Source: Promethearchaeota archaeon (lineage in GTDB: Archaea; Asgardarchaeota; Lokiarchaeia; Sigyniarchaeales; SOKP01). From it: 64,000 nt of DNA. Made by a program: the position numbers and the translations under genes. The notes under the pieces were generated by a model. The model had not been told where the DNA came from and made no database searches. It worked only from the letters and a program-made list of their open reading frames with translations. The DNA lies in NCBI GenBank assembly GCA_048939995.1, contig JBHLOY010000011.1, positions 75,151-139,150 on the forward strand, given 5' to 3'. This document shows positions 10,745 through 20,261 of this stretch, one piece after another (the stretch's first letter is position 1; the number at the start of each line of letters is the position of its first letter).

Positions 10745-10909
10745 ACAAATTGCTATTTACTATTAATAAGTAATAAGCAAGAAACTAGATTTCTTTATAT
10801 TTAGGAAAAGTTAAAATTAATTTATTTACCTTATTAGCATTAATTAAGAAACTTAATTTGTTATATATCATTAGGTTGCGTAAATTCAATCATATTAGGT
10901 GGTTTTAAA

Positions 10910-13309
10910 CTGAAAATTGGATTATTTATCTGTGATTGTGGCAAAAATATTAGCGGAGTAATTAATAATAAAGAGCTTATAGATTATTTCTCTAAATATG
11001 CTAATTTACATGTTATTGGAGATCAATATCTATGTTCTGAGACCGGATTAAATAAAATCATTGAGGAAATAAAAGATAATAAGGTGGATCGTGTAGTGGT
11101 TGCGGCATGTTCTTTTAAATTACATGGGTTGTTATTTCGAAAGACTATTGAAAAAGCTGGTATAAATAGATTTCTGATATCATTTGCCAATATCCGTGAA
11201 CAAAATTCTTGGGTACATAGTGACGAACCAGAGAGAGCAACAAAAAAAGCTATAGATCAAATAAGTATGGCAATTGAACAAGTAAAGCTTCTAGAACCAC
11301 TAGAAGTCCAGTTTTCAGAAGTTTATCCCTCCGCTTTAATTATTGGGGGGGGTATTGCTGGTATTAAAGCCGCATTAGTTATAGCTGACGCAGGGTATAA
11401 AGTATATCTAGTTGAGAAAGATTTGACTATAGGTGGCCATATGGCGTTATTTGATAAGACATTTCCAACTCTTGATTGTTCAATTTGCATTCTTGGACCT
11501 TTAATGAGTGAAGTAAAAGATCACCCTAACATTACTCTATATAGTTATTCTGAAATCCAAAAAGTAGAAGGATATGTAGGGAATTTTGATGTAACAATTA
11601 TAAAAAAGCCTCGGTTTATAGTTGAGGAAAATTGTGTGGGATGTTTCGATATATGTAGAGAAGTTTGTCCTATTGATGTAAAAGATACTTTTTTCCCTCG
11701 GAAAGCGATTGATGTTCCATATCCTCAAGCTATTCCTCTCTTTCCAAACATTTTAGAAGAATATTGTGTTGGTTGCAAGGCATGTGCTCAAGCGTGTGAT
11801 CGAGATGCTATTGATTTTGAACAAAATGAAGAAGAAATTAGATTTAAAGTAGGTTCTATAATTGTAGCGACAGGTTTTAAAACTTTTGATCCTAGCATTC
11901 TTGGAGAACTTAATTATGAGAAATACCCTGATATAATTACAACCTTACAAATGGAGCGTATGTTAAATAATGATGGTCCTACACGAGGGAGAATCGTGAG
12001 ACCTTCAAGTGGAAAGCCTCCAAGAAAGGTTTCTTTTGTATTATGTGTTGGATCCAGAAATCAAGTAATTCATCATGATTATTGTAGTCAAGTATGTTGT
12101 AATGTTGCCATTAAAGAAGCGATCTTGATAAAAAAAGAATTTCCTGATGTAAAAGTTACTATTTATTATAATGATATAAGAGCCATTGGAAAGAATTGCG
12201 AAGAATTCTATAACAGGGCTCGGGAAGATTTTAAGATTAGATTTATTAAAAGTAATATCTCTGCTATATTAAAAAGCGATATCTCTACTGATAATGAGTT
12301 AATTATACGTGGGGAAGATGTAACTGAAGGAAAATTATTTGAAAATCAAACAGATTTAGTCATTCTAGCGGTTGGAATGGAACCCGCGGTAGATACAGAT
12401 AATTTAAGTAAAATTTTAAATATTTCCCAAGATACGTATGGATTTTTACTTGAGAAGCACCTAAAAATAAGACCTTCTGAGAGTTCTATCAATGGGATTT
12501 TCCTAGCAGGAGCAATACAAAGCCCAAAAGATATTCCTAATAGTATAGCTCAAGCAGAAAGCGCTGCTTCAAAAACAATAGCTTTAATTTCTAAAGGAAA
12601 TGTGGAACTAGATCCACATATAGTCTATTTCAATGCAAAAGATTGTGATCTCTGTAGATTATGTGAGCAGATTTGTATTTATAATGCCATAAAAATAGAA
12701 GGGAATGAATTAAAGCTTATACAAGCGAATTGTTCTGGTTGTGGTGCATGTGCGGCAATGTGTCATAATGGTGCTCTTTATATCCCAGGCTTTAAAAAGA
12801 ACCAGATTTCCACTCAAATAAGAACAGTATTAAGTAGAGAAAAGGCCGAATACCCTTTAATTATAGCTTTCTTATGCGACTGGTGTGCTTATATGGGGGC
12901 AGATCTAGCAGGTACGAGTAAAATTAACTATCCATCGAATATAAGAGTCATCCATGTTATGTGCACTGCCATGTTAGATCCAGCTTTAGTTTTTGAAAGC
13001 TTCTTCTTAGGTGCAGATGGTGTCTTAATTGCAGGGTGTCATAAACAAGACTGTCATTATGAAACGGGGTTTATCAAAGCAACAACGCGTTATAGTAGCA
13101 TTAAAGAGATGTTAGGAGAAACTGGTATTAATGAAAATCGCTTAAGAATTATTAGTATTTCCGCCGGTGAAGGTGAAAAATTTGCAAAAAATATTATAGA
13201 TTTTAAGAGAGAATTGGACAAGTTAGGTCCAATAAAGCCTGGAGAATTCATTAAACCTACTGTAAAGAAGGATATTGCTAAAGAAAAAGCAAAATTAGAT
13301 GAATTATAA
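10910..13309 (+). CDS. hdrA: Heterodisulfide reductase subunit A fused to MvhD (hydrogenase delta subunit); start proposed at CTG 10910, upstream of the ORF-track start
   Basis: In-frame upstream (L/M)KIGLFICDCG...YLCS is the HdrA N-terminus. Also IIGGGIAG, KTFPTLDCSIC, CVGSR...CSQVCC, ferredoxin motifs, and C-terminal FLCDWCAY.GADLAG...GCHKQDCHY (MvhD). Confidence 0.88.
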   Translation: MKIGLFICDCGKNISGVINNKELIDYFSKYANLHVIGDQYLCSETGLNKIIEEIKDNKVDRVVVAACSFKLHGLLFRKTIEKAGINRFLISFANIREQNSWVHSDEPERATKKAIDQISMAIEQVKLLEPLEVQFSEVYPSALIIGGGIAGIKAALVIADAGYKVYLVEKDLTIGGHMALFDKTFPTLDCSICILGPLMSEVKDHPNITLYSYSEIQKVEGYVGNFDVTIIKKPRFIVEENCVGCFDICREVCPIDVKDTFFPRKAIDVPYPQAIPLFPNILEEYCVGCKACAQACDRDAIDFEQNEEEIRFKVGSIIVATGFKTFDPSILGELNYEKYPDIITTLQMERMLNNDGPTRGRIVRPSSGKPPRKVSFVLCVGSRNQVIHHDYCSQVCCNVAIKEAILIKKEFPDVKVTIYYNDIRAIGKNCEEFYNRAREDFKIRFIKSNISAILKSDISTDNELIIRGEDVTEGKLFENQTDLVILAVGMEPAVDTDNLSKILNISQDTYGFLLEKHLKIRPSESSINGIFLAGAIQSPKDIPNSIAQAESAASKTIALISKGNVELDPHIVYFNAKDCDLCRLCEQICIYNAIKIEGNELKLIQANCSGCGACAAMCHNGALYIPGFKKNQISTQIRTVLSREKAEYPLIIAFLCDWCAYMGADLAGTSKINYPSNIRVIHVMCTAMLDPALVFESFFLGADGVLIAGCHKQDCHYETGFIKATTRYSSIKEMLGETGINENRLRIISISAGEGEKFAKNIIDFKRELDKLGPIKPGEFIKPTVKKDIAKEKAKLDEL

Positions 13310-13371
13310 TATATCTTATTAATGAGCGTTCTTTATAAATACATCAGTTAAAAATAAAAAACTAGAATCTC

Positions 13372-14655
13372 ATGAGAATTCGAGCAATTACAATTGGACA
13401 AAAATTACCTTTTTTAGTAGAAGATAAAGATTTACAAACCACATTAGATGGAAAACTTGAGATGTTTTATTCCCTAAATAAAGATTTGACAAGAAGATTT
13501 AAGGATATCAATATTGAAGTTCAAACTAAACGTTTATGTTCTCAACCAATGTTAACATATGAACAACAGGTCTATGAAAAGAATTTAAATGAGACTCTTG
13601 CAAGATTACATAATCAACTTGAAATTATTGAGCGATTAATAAAAGAGTATGAAATAGATTATTTTGCTGCTTGTACGGTCCTTGCAGATATTCAAATTGA
13701 AAAATATGGAATATATGAAAAACTCTTTCTAAATGAAGTTCCACAATTCATTACTCGAAGAGAAAACTTTTTTACTTCTCTCCACGTGGCTTCAACTGAT
13801 CATGGTTTAAATCTATCCGCTCTCAGATCCGCAGCAAGAATTATAAAAACTCTCTCAGAACCAGATCCTTTTAATAACTTAAAATTTTGTGTTAGTTCCA
13901 ATGTAACCCCTGATACACCATTCTTTCCAGCCGCATATCATTTAGCTGAACGCCCTTCATTTGGACTTGCTTTAGAAATGGCAGATGAAGTCATTAAAGT
14001 CTTTGAAAGTTCTAAAACTCTGGAGGACGCTCAAAGGAATCTAAAAAGTAGGTTTAATGAAATCTACGATGATTTGGTAATAATTTGTGAGCAAGTTGCC
14101 AAAAGCCATAATATTGAATTTCATGGAATAGATTTTTCGCCAGCTCCTTATCCTACTGTTGAAAAAAGCATTGGAACTGCCTTTGAAAAATTAGGTTATG
14201 AATATTTTGGAGCTCATGGTTCATTAATAGGAGTTGCATTAATTAAAAATGCAATACCACGGAGAGAAAAAGTAATTGGATTTTCAGGATTCATGCCATC
14301 GGTGTTAGAAGACTTTATAATTTCTAAAAGCATTTCTGAGAATAAACTAAATTTGGATACCCTCTTGTTATACTCTACTATATGTGGAACAGGACTTGAT
14401 TGTGTCCCTTTACCAGGAGATATTTCCCTGAAAGAATTATTTTATATTCTGTTGGATATGTGTACAATTTCAATTAAGTTTGATAAACCATTGACCGCAA
14501 GATTAATTCCGATCCCTGGCAGAGGAAGTGGAGATTCAGTAGATTTTGATTTTGAGTATTTTGCTTCATCAAAAGTTATGGATGTTAGAAGATTAATAGA
14601 GTCAAAAAAAGATGATCTTTTTTCACGAAAAGAAAAAAGTTTTCGGTTTATTTGA
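13372..14655 (+). CDS. DUF711 (PFL-like fold) family protein
   Basis: MRIRAIT, TPFFPAAYH, GIDFSPAP, GFSGFM..VLED, CGTGLDCVPLPG, KPLTARLIP. Confidence 0.8.
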   Translation: MRIRAITIGQKLPFLVEDKDLQTTLDGKLEMFYSLNKDLTRRFKDINIEVQTKRLCSQPMLTYEQQVYEKNLNETLARLHNQLEIIERLIKEYEIDYFAACTVLADIQIEKYGIYEKLFLNEVPQFITRRENFFTSLHVASTDHGLNLSALRSAARIIKTLSEPDPFNNLKFCVSSNVTPDTPFFPAAYHLAERPSFGLALEMADEVIKVFESSKTLEDAQRNLKSRFNEIYDDLVIICEQVAKSHNIEFHGIDFSPAPYPTVEKSIGTAFEKLGYEYFGAHGSLIGVALIKNAIPRREKVIGFSGFMPSVLEDFIISKSISENKLNLDTLLLYSTICGTGLDCVPLPGDISLKELFYILLDMCTISIKFDKPLTARLIPIPGRGSGDSVDFDFEYFASSKVMDVRRLIESKKDDLFSRKEKSFRFI

Positions 14656-14750
14656 ATTTTAGATTGATTTATGCAATAATAAGTTTTAAAACGAAACTAT
14701 ACTAGATTTCATAAGAAAAAATTTTTTTTAGGATAATATTACCCCAAAGA

Positions 14751-15191
14751 ATGACTGAAGAAAAAATAACTAAGAAGGAGAAACCAAGCCAACTTTTTAA
14801 TGAGGCTTTTGAATATTTTGAAGGAGATTTTGAAAATAATGAATCCGATTCTCCCCAATCTACGAATATTTTGCGGGATGAAATGCTCGAGGGATTAAAC
14901 CAGTTAAAAGAAGTTATAATTAATAATCCAGACTCAAAATTTCAATCTTTAAATGAATGGGAAAAAGCACAATTTTTTAATTTTATTGAATACTACTCCA
15001 GTTGCCCCATATGTCGAAAATCTAATCACCATTCTAACCTAAAGAAAATTTACTTCAATGAGAAATTAGAGTCAATTAAACGAATTCTTATTCGAATCAT
15101 GAATATTGATGTTTCTAAAGGAACTGATTTTGATTTAAATTTTGGTATTCCTTGTTGTAAATGCTATAAGAAATACTTTAATGAGATATAA
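14751..15191 (+). CDS. Hypothetical Zn-binding protein
   Basis: CPIC...GIPCCKC; no family recognised. Confidence 0.6.
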   Translation: MTEEKITKKEKPSQLFNEAFEYFEGDFENNESDSPQSTNILRDEMLEGLNQLKEVIINNPDSKFQSLNEWEKAQFFNFIEYYSSCPICRKSNHHSNLKKIYFNEKLESIKRILIRIMNIDVSKGTDFDLNFGIPCCKCYKKYFNEI

Positions 15192-15195
15192 TTAC

Positions 15196-15522
15196 TTAAC
15201 GTAGATATTCCACAACTTTTCCAGATTGGGTTATAATGTATTTTACCTCACCATCTACTAATCCTTTTTCAATACATAATGCTTTAAGGAGAAAATCAAT
15301 ATGATAATCTAGAATAGAATAATCAGTTAATAAGTTCTTTTTAGATAAGATATCAAATAAGTTATTTCTCGAAATACTTTTTGCTTTATTTACAATATTT
15401 AGAATTTCTTTCCTAATAGGATGATTTACTGCCTTTAAATAAAGAGCATGATATTCTCGACTTCCATCAAGAGTTTCAGATGCCTCCTCTACGGTTTCAT
15501 AATCCCTCAACTTCTTTGGCAT
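15196..15522 (-). CDS. ArsR-like winged-helix protein
   Basis: LKAVNHPIRKEIL...LDYHIDFL...YIITQSG. Confidence 0.7.
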   Translation of the reverse strand: MPKKLRDYETVEEASETLDGSREYHALYLKAVNHPIRKEILNIVNKAKSISRNNLFDILSKKNLLTDYSILDYHIDFLLKALCIEKGLVDGEVKYIITQSGKVVEYLR

Positions 15523-15612
15523 ATATAATAAAAAATATCAATTAAGAAAAACTTTTACTCTTTAATCCACTTAAAAAATGAATTAAAAAAACTTGAAATA
15601 GATGATCTAGAT

Positions 15613-16674
15613 ATGAATTTTAATGAAATTAAATCAATTCTCGGAACAGAAACAGAAGACTTATTAAACTATGCTTGTACAGGAATTCCAAAGAATATGA
15701 TTCACCTCCCAGGTCCTGATTTTATTGAAAGAATCTGGGAAAAATCTGACCGTAATAATTTAGTTTTGGGAAATATGGAGCGTTTATTTAACCAATGTGG
15801 AAGATTAGCAGGTACAGGTTATCTATCCATTTTACCGGTTGATCAAGGAATTGAGCATAGCGCTTCAGCAAGTTTCGCAGTCAACCCCTCATATTTTGAT
15901 CCCGAGAATATTATAAAACTAGCCATTAGCGGAGGGTGTAATGCTATTGTTTCTACTCTTGGTGTTCTAGGAATAATGAGTCGAAGATACGCAAGAAAAA
16001 TCCCAAATATTGTAAAAATTAATCATAATGAACTTTTGACCAAACCAGAACTTTCTGATCAAACTCTCTTCGCAAATGTAGATCAAGCGTGGAGTTTTGG
16101 AGCGATTGGTGTAGGAGCAACAGTTTATTTCGGATCCACAGAATCTCGAAGACAAATTCAGGAAGTTAGCGAAGCATTTAGATACGCTCATGAACTTGGA
16201 TTAGTCTGTATTTTATGGTGTTATTTAAGAAATAAAGATGAATTTATTAAAGATGGGAAAGATTATCACACAGCGAATGATTTAGAAGCTCAAGCGAATC
16301 ATATTGGAGTTACTATTGAAGCTGATATAATAAAGCAGAAAATTTCTACATTAAGTAGAGGTTTTATTGATCTCAAATTTGGAAAAACAGATAAACTTGT
16401 TTATGAAAAATTAGCAAAAGATCACCCATTGGAGTGGAATCGATACCAAATTGCTAATTGTTATATGGGTCGTGTAGGTCTAATCAACTCTGGTGGGGAA
16501 TCAGGGGGCAATGATCTGCAAGATGCAGTAAAAGCTGCTGTGATAAATAAGCGTTCAGGTGGTATGGGGCTCATTCTGGGAAGAAAAGCGTTTAAAAAGC
16601 CTACTCCTGAGGGTATTAAAATTCTTAATGCTGTACAAGACGTGTATTTATGCCAGGAAGTTACAATTTCATAA
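15613..16674 (+). CDS. fbaB: Class I fructose-bisphosphate aldolase (bacterial DhnA/FbaB type)
   Basis: [53 protein letters not shown]. Confidence 0.92.
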   Translation: MNFNEIKSILGTETEDLLNYACTGIPKNMIHLPGPDFIERIWEKSDRNNLVLGNMERLFNQCGRLAGTGYLSILPVDQGIEHSASASFAVNPSYFDPENIIKLAISGGCNAIVSTLGVLGIMSRRYARKIPNIVKINHNELLTKPELSDQTLFANVDQAWSFGAIGVGATVYFGSTESRRQIQEVSEAFRYAHELGLVCILWCYLRNKDEFIKDGKDYHTANDLEAQANHIGVTIEADIIKQKISTLSRGFIDLKFGKTDKLVYEKLAKDHPLEWNRYQIANCYMGRVGLINSGGESGGNDLQDAVKAAVINKRSGGMGLILGRKAFKKPTPEGIKILNAVQDVYLCQEVTIS

Positions 16675-16830
16675 TTAAATTTTTTTCAACTCTTATTTCT
16701 CTTTTTATAATCTCTGTCAGTCAATTTTGAAATAAATATTGGACTACAATAACTTAAATAAATGTAATTTTCATATAGATCATAAGCTAAAAGAAGATAA
16801 AAAAAGTAACTAATATAAGAGAGAAAAAAA

Positions 16831-17487
16831 ATGGGTAAAGAATATTATCGACCTTCAGGAGATAATCCTTATAAGGTAAGAAATGTGCCCTCAAATGTGC
16901 AAAATCAAACCCCACCAAAAGATTCTCCTATAAACTTTAAAACCGATCGTATTTGTCCTGCCTGCGGAAAAATTATTAAAATTAGCCATAATTTTTGTAA
17001 GTTCTGTGGAATTGACTTGAGTACTATTATCCCATTAGGAGATTCAGACAGAACATTAATTGAGTTAGCCAAAACAGCACTAACAGATCAAGATGCTGAT
17101 GTGAGGAGAGATGCTGTAGATACAATTGGAGACTTAGGAGAACGTGATGTTCTTGGTATTTTAACCTATATTTTAATGAATGATATTGATGCTTTGGTAA
17201 GAAAAGAGGCTGCTGATGAATTAGGAAATAAACATAACCCAATATCCATCGATATTTTAACTAAAGCTCTTAAAGATAGAAGTCCGATTGTAAGAAAACA
17301 AGCAATTGAAGCTTTAAAAAAAATTAAAAAAATGGCTACACCTGAACAAAAACCAGAAATTATTATTGAAAAACCCACAGAAATTAAGCAAACTGACTCT
17401 GAACAAAAAAATCATGAAGAGAAGGACGAATCAGAAGATCCTCTTACAGAAATTGACCCTGAGGATGACAATTTCTATAAAGTATAA
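16831..17487 (+). CDS. Double Zn-ribbon + HEAT repeat protein with acidic tail
   Basis: CPAC...FCKFCG, then D..VRRDA/VRKEAA/VRKQA HEAT (PBS-lyase type) repeats. Confidence 0.75.
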   Translation: MGKEYYRPSGDNPYKVRNVPSNVQNQTPPKDSPINFKTDRICPACGKIIKISHNFCKFCGIDLSTIIPLGDSDRTLIELAKTALTDQDADVRRDAVDTIGDLGERDVLGILTYILMNDIDALVRKEAADELGNKHNPISIDILTKALKDRSPIVRKQAIEALKKIKKMATPEQKPEIIIEKPTEIKQTDSEQKNHEEKDESEDPLTEIDPEDDNFYKV

Positions 17488-17498
17488 ATTAATTTAAG

Positions 17499-18404
17499 TC
17501 ACTTCTTCTTACTTGGAATTTTAGGTAATTCTCTTTTTCCAGACTTAGGTTTTTCTTCTACGCTTTTTTGTGTTTCTTTTTTTTTTAAAACCTCAATTGC
17601 TTCTATTATCCCTTTTTTTTGATCAAAATAGATCCTAAACTGATGGTTATCTAGTATCATTACTTCTTTTGGGAGTTTTTTAACTTCTTCCCACGTAATG
17701 TCTACCACACTTTTTCCAAACACTTCTACTTCTTTAGAAACAGCTCCATAAAGAGAATGTCCTAAAATTAAATTTTGTCTCTCATAATTATTTGGAACCT
17801 CTAATTCTAAGATCTTCTTTTTTATCTTTTCTCTCTCCTCTTCTGATAAGTCTGTTTTTTTTTTCACATAAGGTGTTTTTCCAAGTTGAGCATTTGATCT
17901 CTTTGCTTGGGGAGTTCCCAAAGCAAATGAAGAGATAACTGTATTATTTGTTATATCCTCTAAACCAGGAGAATAGTAATTCTCTTTTACATTGCTCCTA
18001 TCTAGTTTATCAATGCGTTCCAACTGTTGTTTTTCAATATTTCGGACATAACGCATATCTGGTAATCGCTCTTTCACTTCCATTGACTCCAACTTAAATG
18101 CATTCAGAAATTCTTGCAACTCATCACCTTGATCGATAGAAACAATTTTACATCTATGATATCGTGGATCAGTTATAAGTTCTTTTTGTAATTCTTGGGC
18201 AACTTTTGAACTAATAAACCTTTTCCTTACAGGAGATTTTGAGCCTTTCCATATATAAATTCTTCTTAAATCTTCGCGTATAATAATCAAAACTTGTTCA
18301 GGACTTAGATGAGTTTGAAGCTCTTCTTGCTTTATCTTAAGTTTTTTGCGTTCTCCAGTGTTTTCTAAATCAAATACTATGAATTCATCGTACACTTCTG
18401 CCAT
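17499..18404 (-). CDS. Single gelsolin/villin-like domain protein with unknown C-terminal domain
   Basis: LSPEQVLIII...IYIWKGSKSPVRKRF...IVSIDQGDELQEFLNAF follows the gelsolin repeat pattern (IyiWxG..S...QGxE..eF). Confidence 0.72.
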   Translation of the reverse strand: MAEVYDEFIVFDLENTGERKKLKIKQEELQTHLSPEQVLIIIREDLRRIYIWKGSKSPVRKRFISSKVAQELQKELITDPRYHRCKIVSIDQGDELQEFLNAFKLESMEVKERLPDMRYVRNIEKQQLERIDKLDRSNVKENYYSPGLEDITNNTVISSFALGTPQAKRSNAQLGKTPYVKKKTDLSEEEREKIKKKILELEVPNNYERQNLILGHSLYGAVSKEVEVFGKSVVDITWEEVKKLPKEVMILDNHQFRIYFDQKKGIIEAIEVLKKKETQKSVEEKPKSGKRELPKIPSKKK

Positions 18405-18550
18405 ACGTAATTCCCTATTTTTTAAGTTCCAATAATTATTAAAAAATAAGTAAATTGTTTAGTTTACCAAAATATAAAATTACTAAAATAAAAATTTATT
18501 TAATCAACTAAATGGGTAAAACTATATCTTATATACATTCTGTAAATTGT

Positions 18551-19351
18551 TTAGAAGGGTCTTGGAAATCTTCCACCTCTTCGTATAGGACCTCTCCAAA
18601 TGGGTCCCGGTCTAAATCCTGGTCCCATTCCCATTGTATCATGCAAAACATTATCTATAGATAATACAAATCCTACTAGGATGCGACGATCAGTTTCATT
18701 ATCTAAGATTTTTAAAGCATAACTATCTGCGAAGTCGAAAACCCCTCCTAGGAAGACATCACGCCATCGGTCTGCCTTTTCGATTTCTGCAACCAACTTT
18801 TGTGATGCAACTTCAAAGATCTTAAATGACCATCCCATAAAATCACCCTCAGCGGTATACCATCTCTGTCCAGAAGGATCTTCAAGATAGAACACATTTC
18901 GAAAGAAAGTTAAAATCTTTCTTTTTATTCTTGCAATCAAATTCCCTGAATGATCTTTTAAATCTTGGGCTCCCCGAGCTGAAATAATTTTACTATGGAT
19001 TGTAGCTGCAACAGTTCCGTCAACTTCTTGAAGCTCAACTCGACGTCTAATGCTGAAAATGACTCTATTCATCTTCCCAATTAACTTTCCCTTCTCATCC
19101 ATTATATCACCAAATCCCATGTCCCACATTCGTTCTTTAATCAAATAGTAATTCCTACTAATATCAAATAAGCTTGCTCCTTCAAGTTGTGATGGTTTAG
19201 AAACAGTATTCTCTTTTTTGGGCTTAGAATTCTTCCCCTCCTCTTCTTTAATTGGTCTCCTTAATTCAGATCCACATTTTTCGCAATATTTTTGATCATT
19301 GTTAGCTATTTTTTCACCACAGTTCTGACAAAACATCTCTTTTGACTCCAA
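18551..19351 (-). CDS. Zn-ribbon + LURP-one/scramblase (tubby-like) domain protein
   Basis: FCQNCG...YCEKCG, then beta-barrel pattern IKRKILTFF...EGDFMGWSFKI...VAEIEK...ADSYAL...LVGFVLSID; Gly/Pro/Arg-rich tail. Confidence 0.7.
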   Translation of the reverse strand: MESKEMFCQNCGEKIANNDQKYCEKCGSELRRPIKEEEGKNSKPKKENTVSKPSQLEGASLFDISRNYYLIKERMWDMGFGDIMDEKGKLIGKMNRVIFSIRRRVELQEVDGTVAATIHSKIISARGAQDLKDHSGNLIARIKRKILTFFRNVFYLEDPSGQRWYTAEGDFMGWSFKIFEVASQKLVAEIEKADRWRDVFLGGVFDFADSYALKILDNETDRRILVGFVLSIDNVLHDTMGMGPGFRPGPIWRGPIRRGGRFPRPF

Positions 19352-19482
19352 TTGAAAATCTTTTATTATATTTAAGCAAGAAAAGGTAACTTAAATTAAT
19401 AAATTTAAGGATGGCAGGTAAAGGAAATTTTTTAATAAACTAAGCTTTTATTTATAATAAAAATATTATTAATTACTACTTT

Positions 19483-20256
19483 ATGTCTACTATTCCGAAG
19501 TTATTAAAACTGAAAGATTATATTACATTGGTTGGTACTACCTTAGGAGTGCTTGCTATTATCTATGCTTGCGTAGGGTTGCGTGATGCAATATCTTTCG
19601 GCTTTTTTCTTATTACCATTTCTCTTGGTACCGATTTGATCGATGGATATATTGCTCGAAAAACAGGTACAGTAAATGAGATGGGAAAACATCTTGATTC
19701 ATTAAGTGATAGTTTAACATTTGGAATTGCTCCAGCAATTTTAGTTTTTCAAGCCTTTAAAAGGGGGAATCCTTATGATATAGTGGTATTAATAGCATGT
19801 ATTCTTTTTGCCATGGGTGCTATGTTAAGATTGGCTAGATTTAATCTACAAGAAGGAAAAGGTTATACTGGAGTTCCAAGCCCCGCAAGTGCTTTATTGA
19901 TGATTGCATATTTTTATGCCAATTATTTTTATTCATTTGCAATAGGAGGAATTAACCATCCTTTTCTTGAAATAGCCTATTATGCAATTCCTTTTTTCTT
20001 AGTGTTTATTGGCTGGTTGAATATAACAACTCATATTACATTTGGAGAAAAAGGAAGAACTACGTATATAATTATTATTCTATTTGCTCCCTCTTGTCCT
20101 GTTTTTGGTATTATTGGAATTTTGAACCCAAATTTTGTGATATCAATTATAGCTGCTATATTTTTCATTAGCTCTTTTTTTGGGTTAATAATTTATATTG
20201 TTTACAGATTTTTCCATAAATTTTTCGCTGCAAAAAGAGATAATGTTGCTGCTTAA
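19483..20256 (+). CDS. CDP-alcohol phosphatidyltransferase (archaetidylserine synthase/PssA-like)
   Basis: DLIDGYIARK...MGKHLDSLSD..TFGIAP, LRLARFN, YTGVPSP. Confidence 0.88.
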   Translation: MSTIPKLLKLKDYITLVGTTLGVLAIIYACVGLRDAISFGFFLITISLGTDLIDGYIARKTGTVNEMGKHLDSLSDSLTFGIAPAILVFQAFKRGNPYDIVVLIACILFAMGAMLRLARFNLQEGKGYTGVPSPASALLMIAYFYANYFYSFAIGGINHPFLEIAYYAIPFFLVFIGWLNITTHITFGEKGRTTYIIIILFAPSCPVFGIIGILNPNFVISIIAAIFFISSFFGLIIYIVYRFFHKFFAAKRDNVAA

Positions 20257-20261
20257 GAATA

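Noticed and set aside
11461-13070. Selenoprotein HdrA/MvhD with in-frame UGA
   Set aside because: All candidate positions are TGT/TGC; there is no in-frame TGA.
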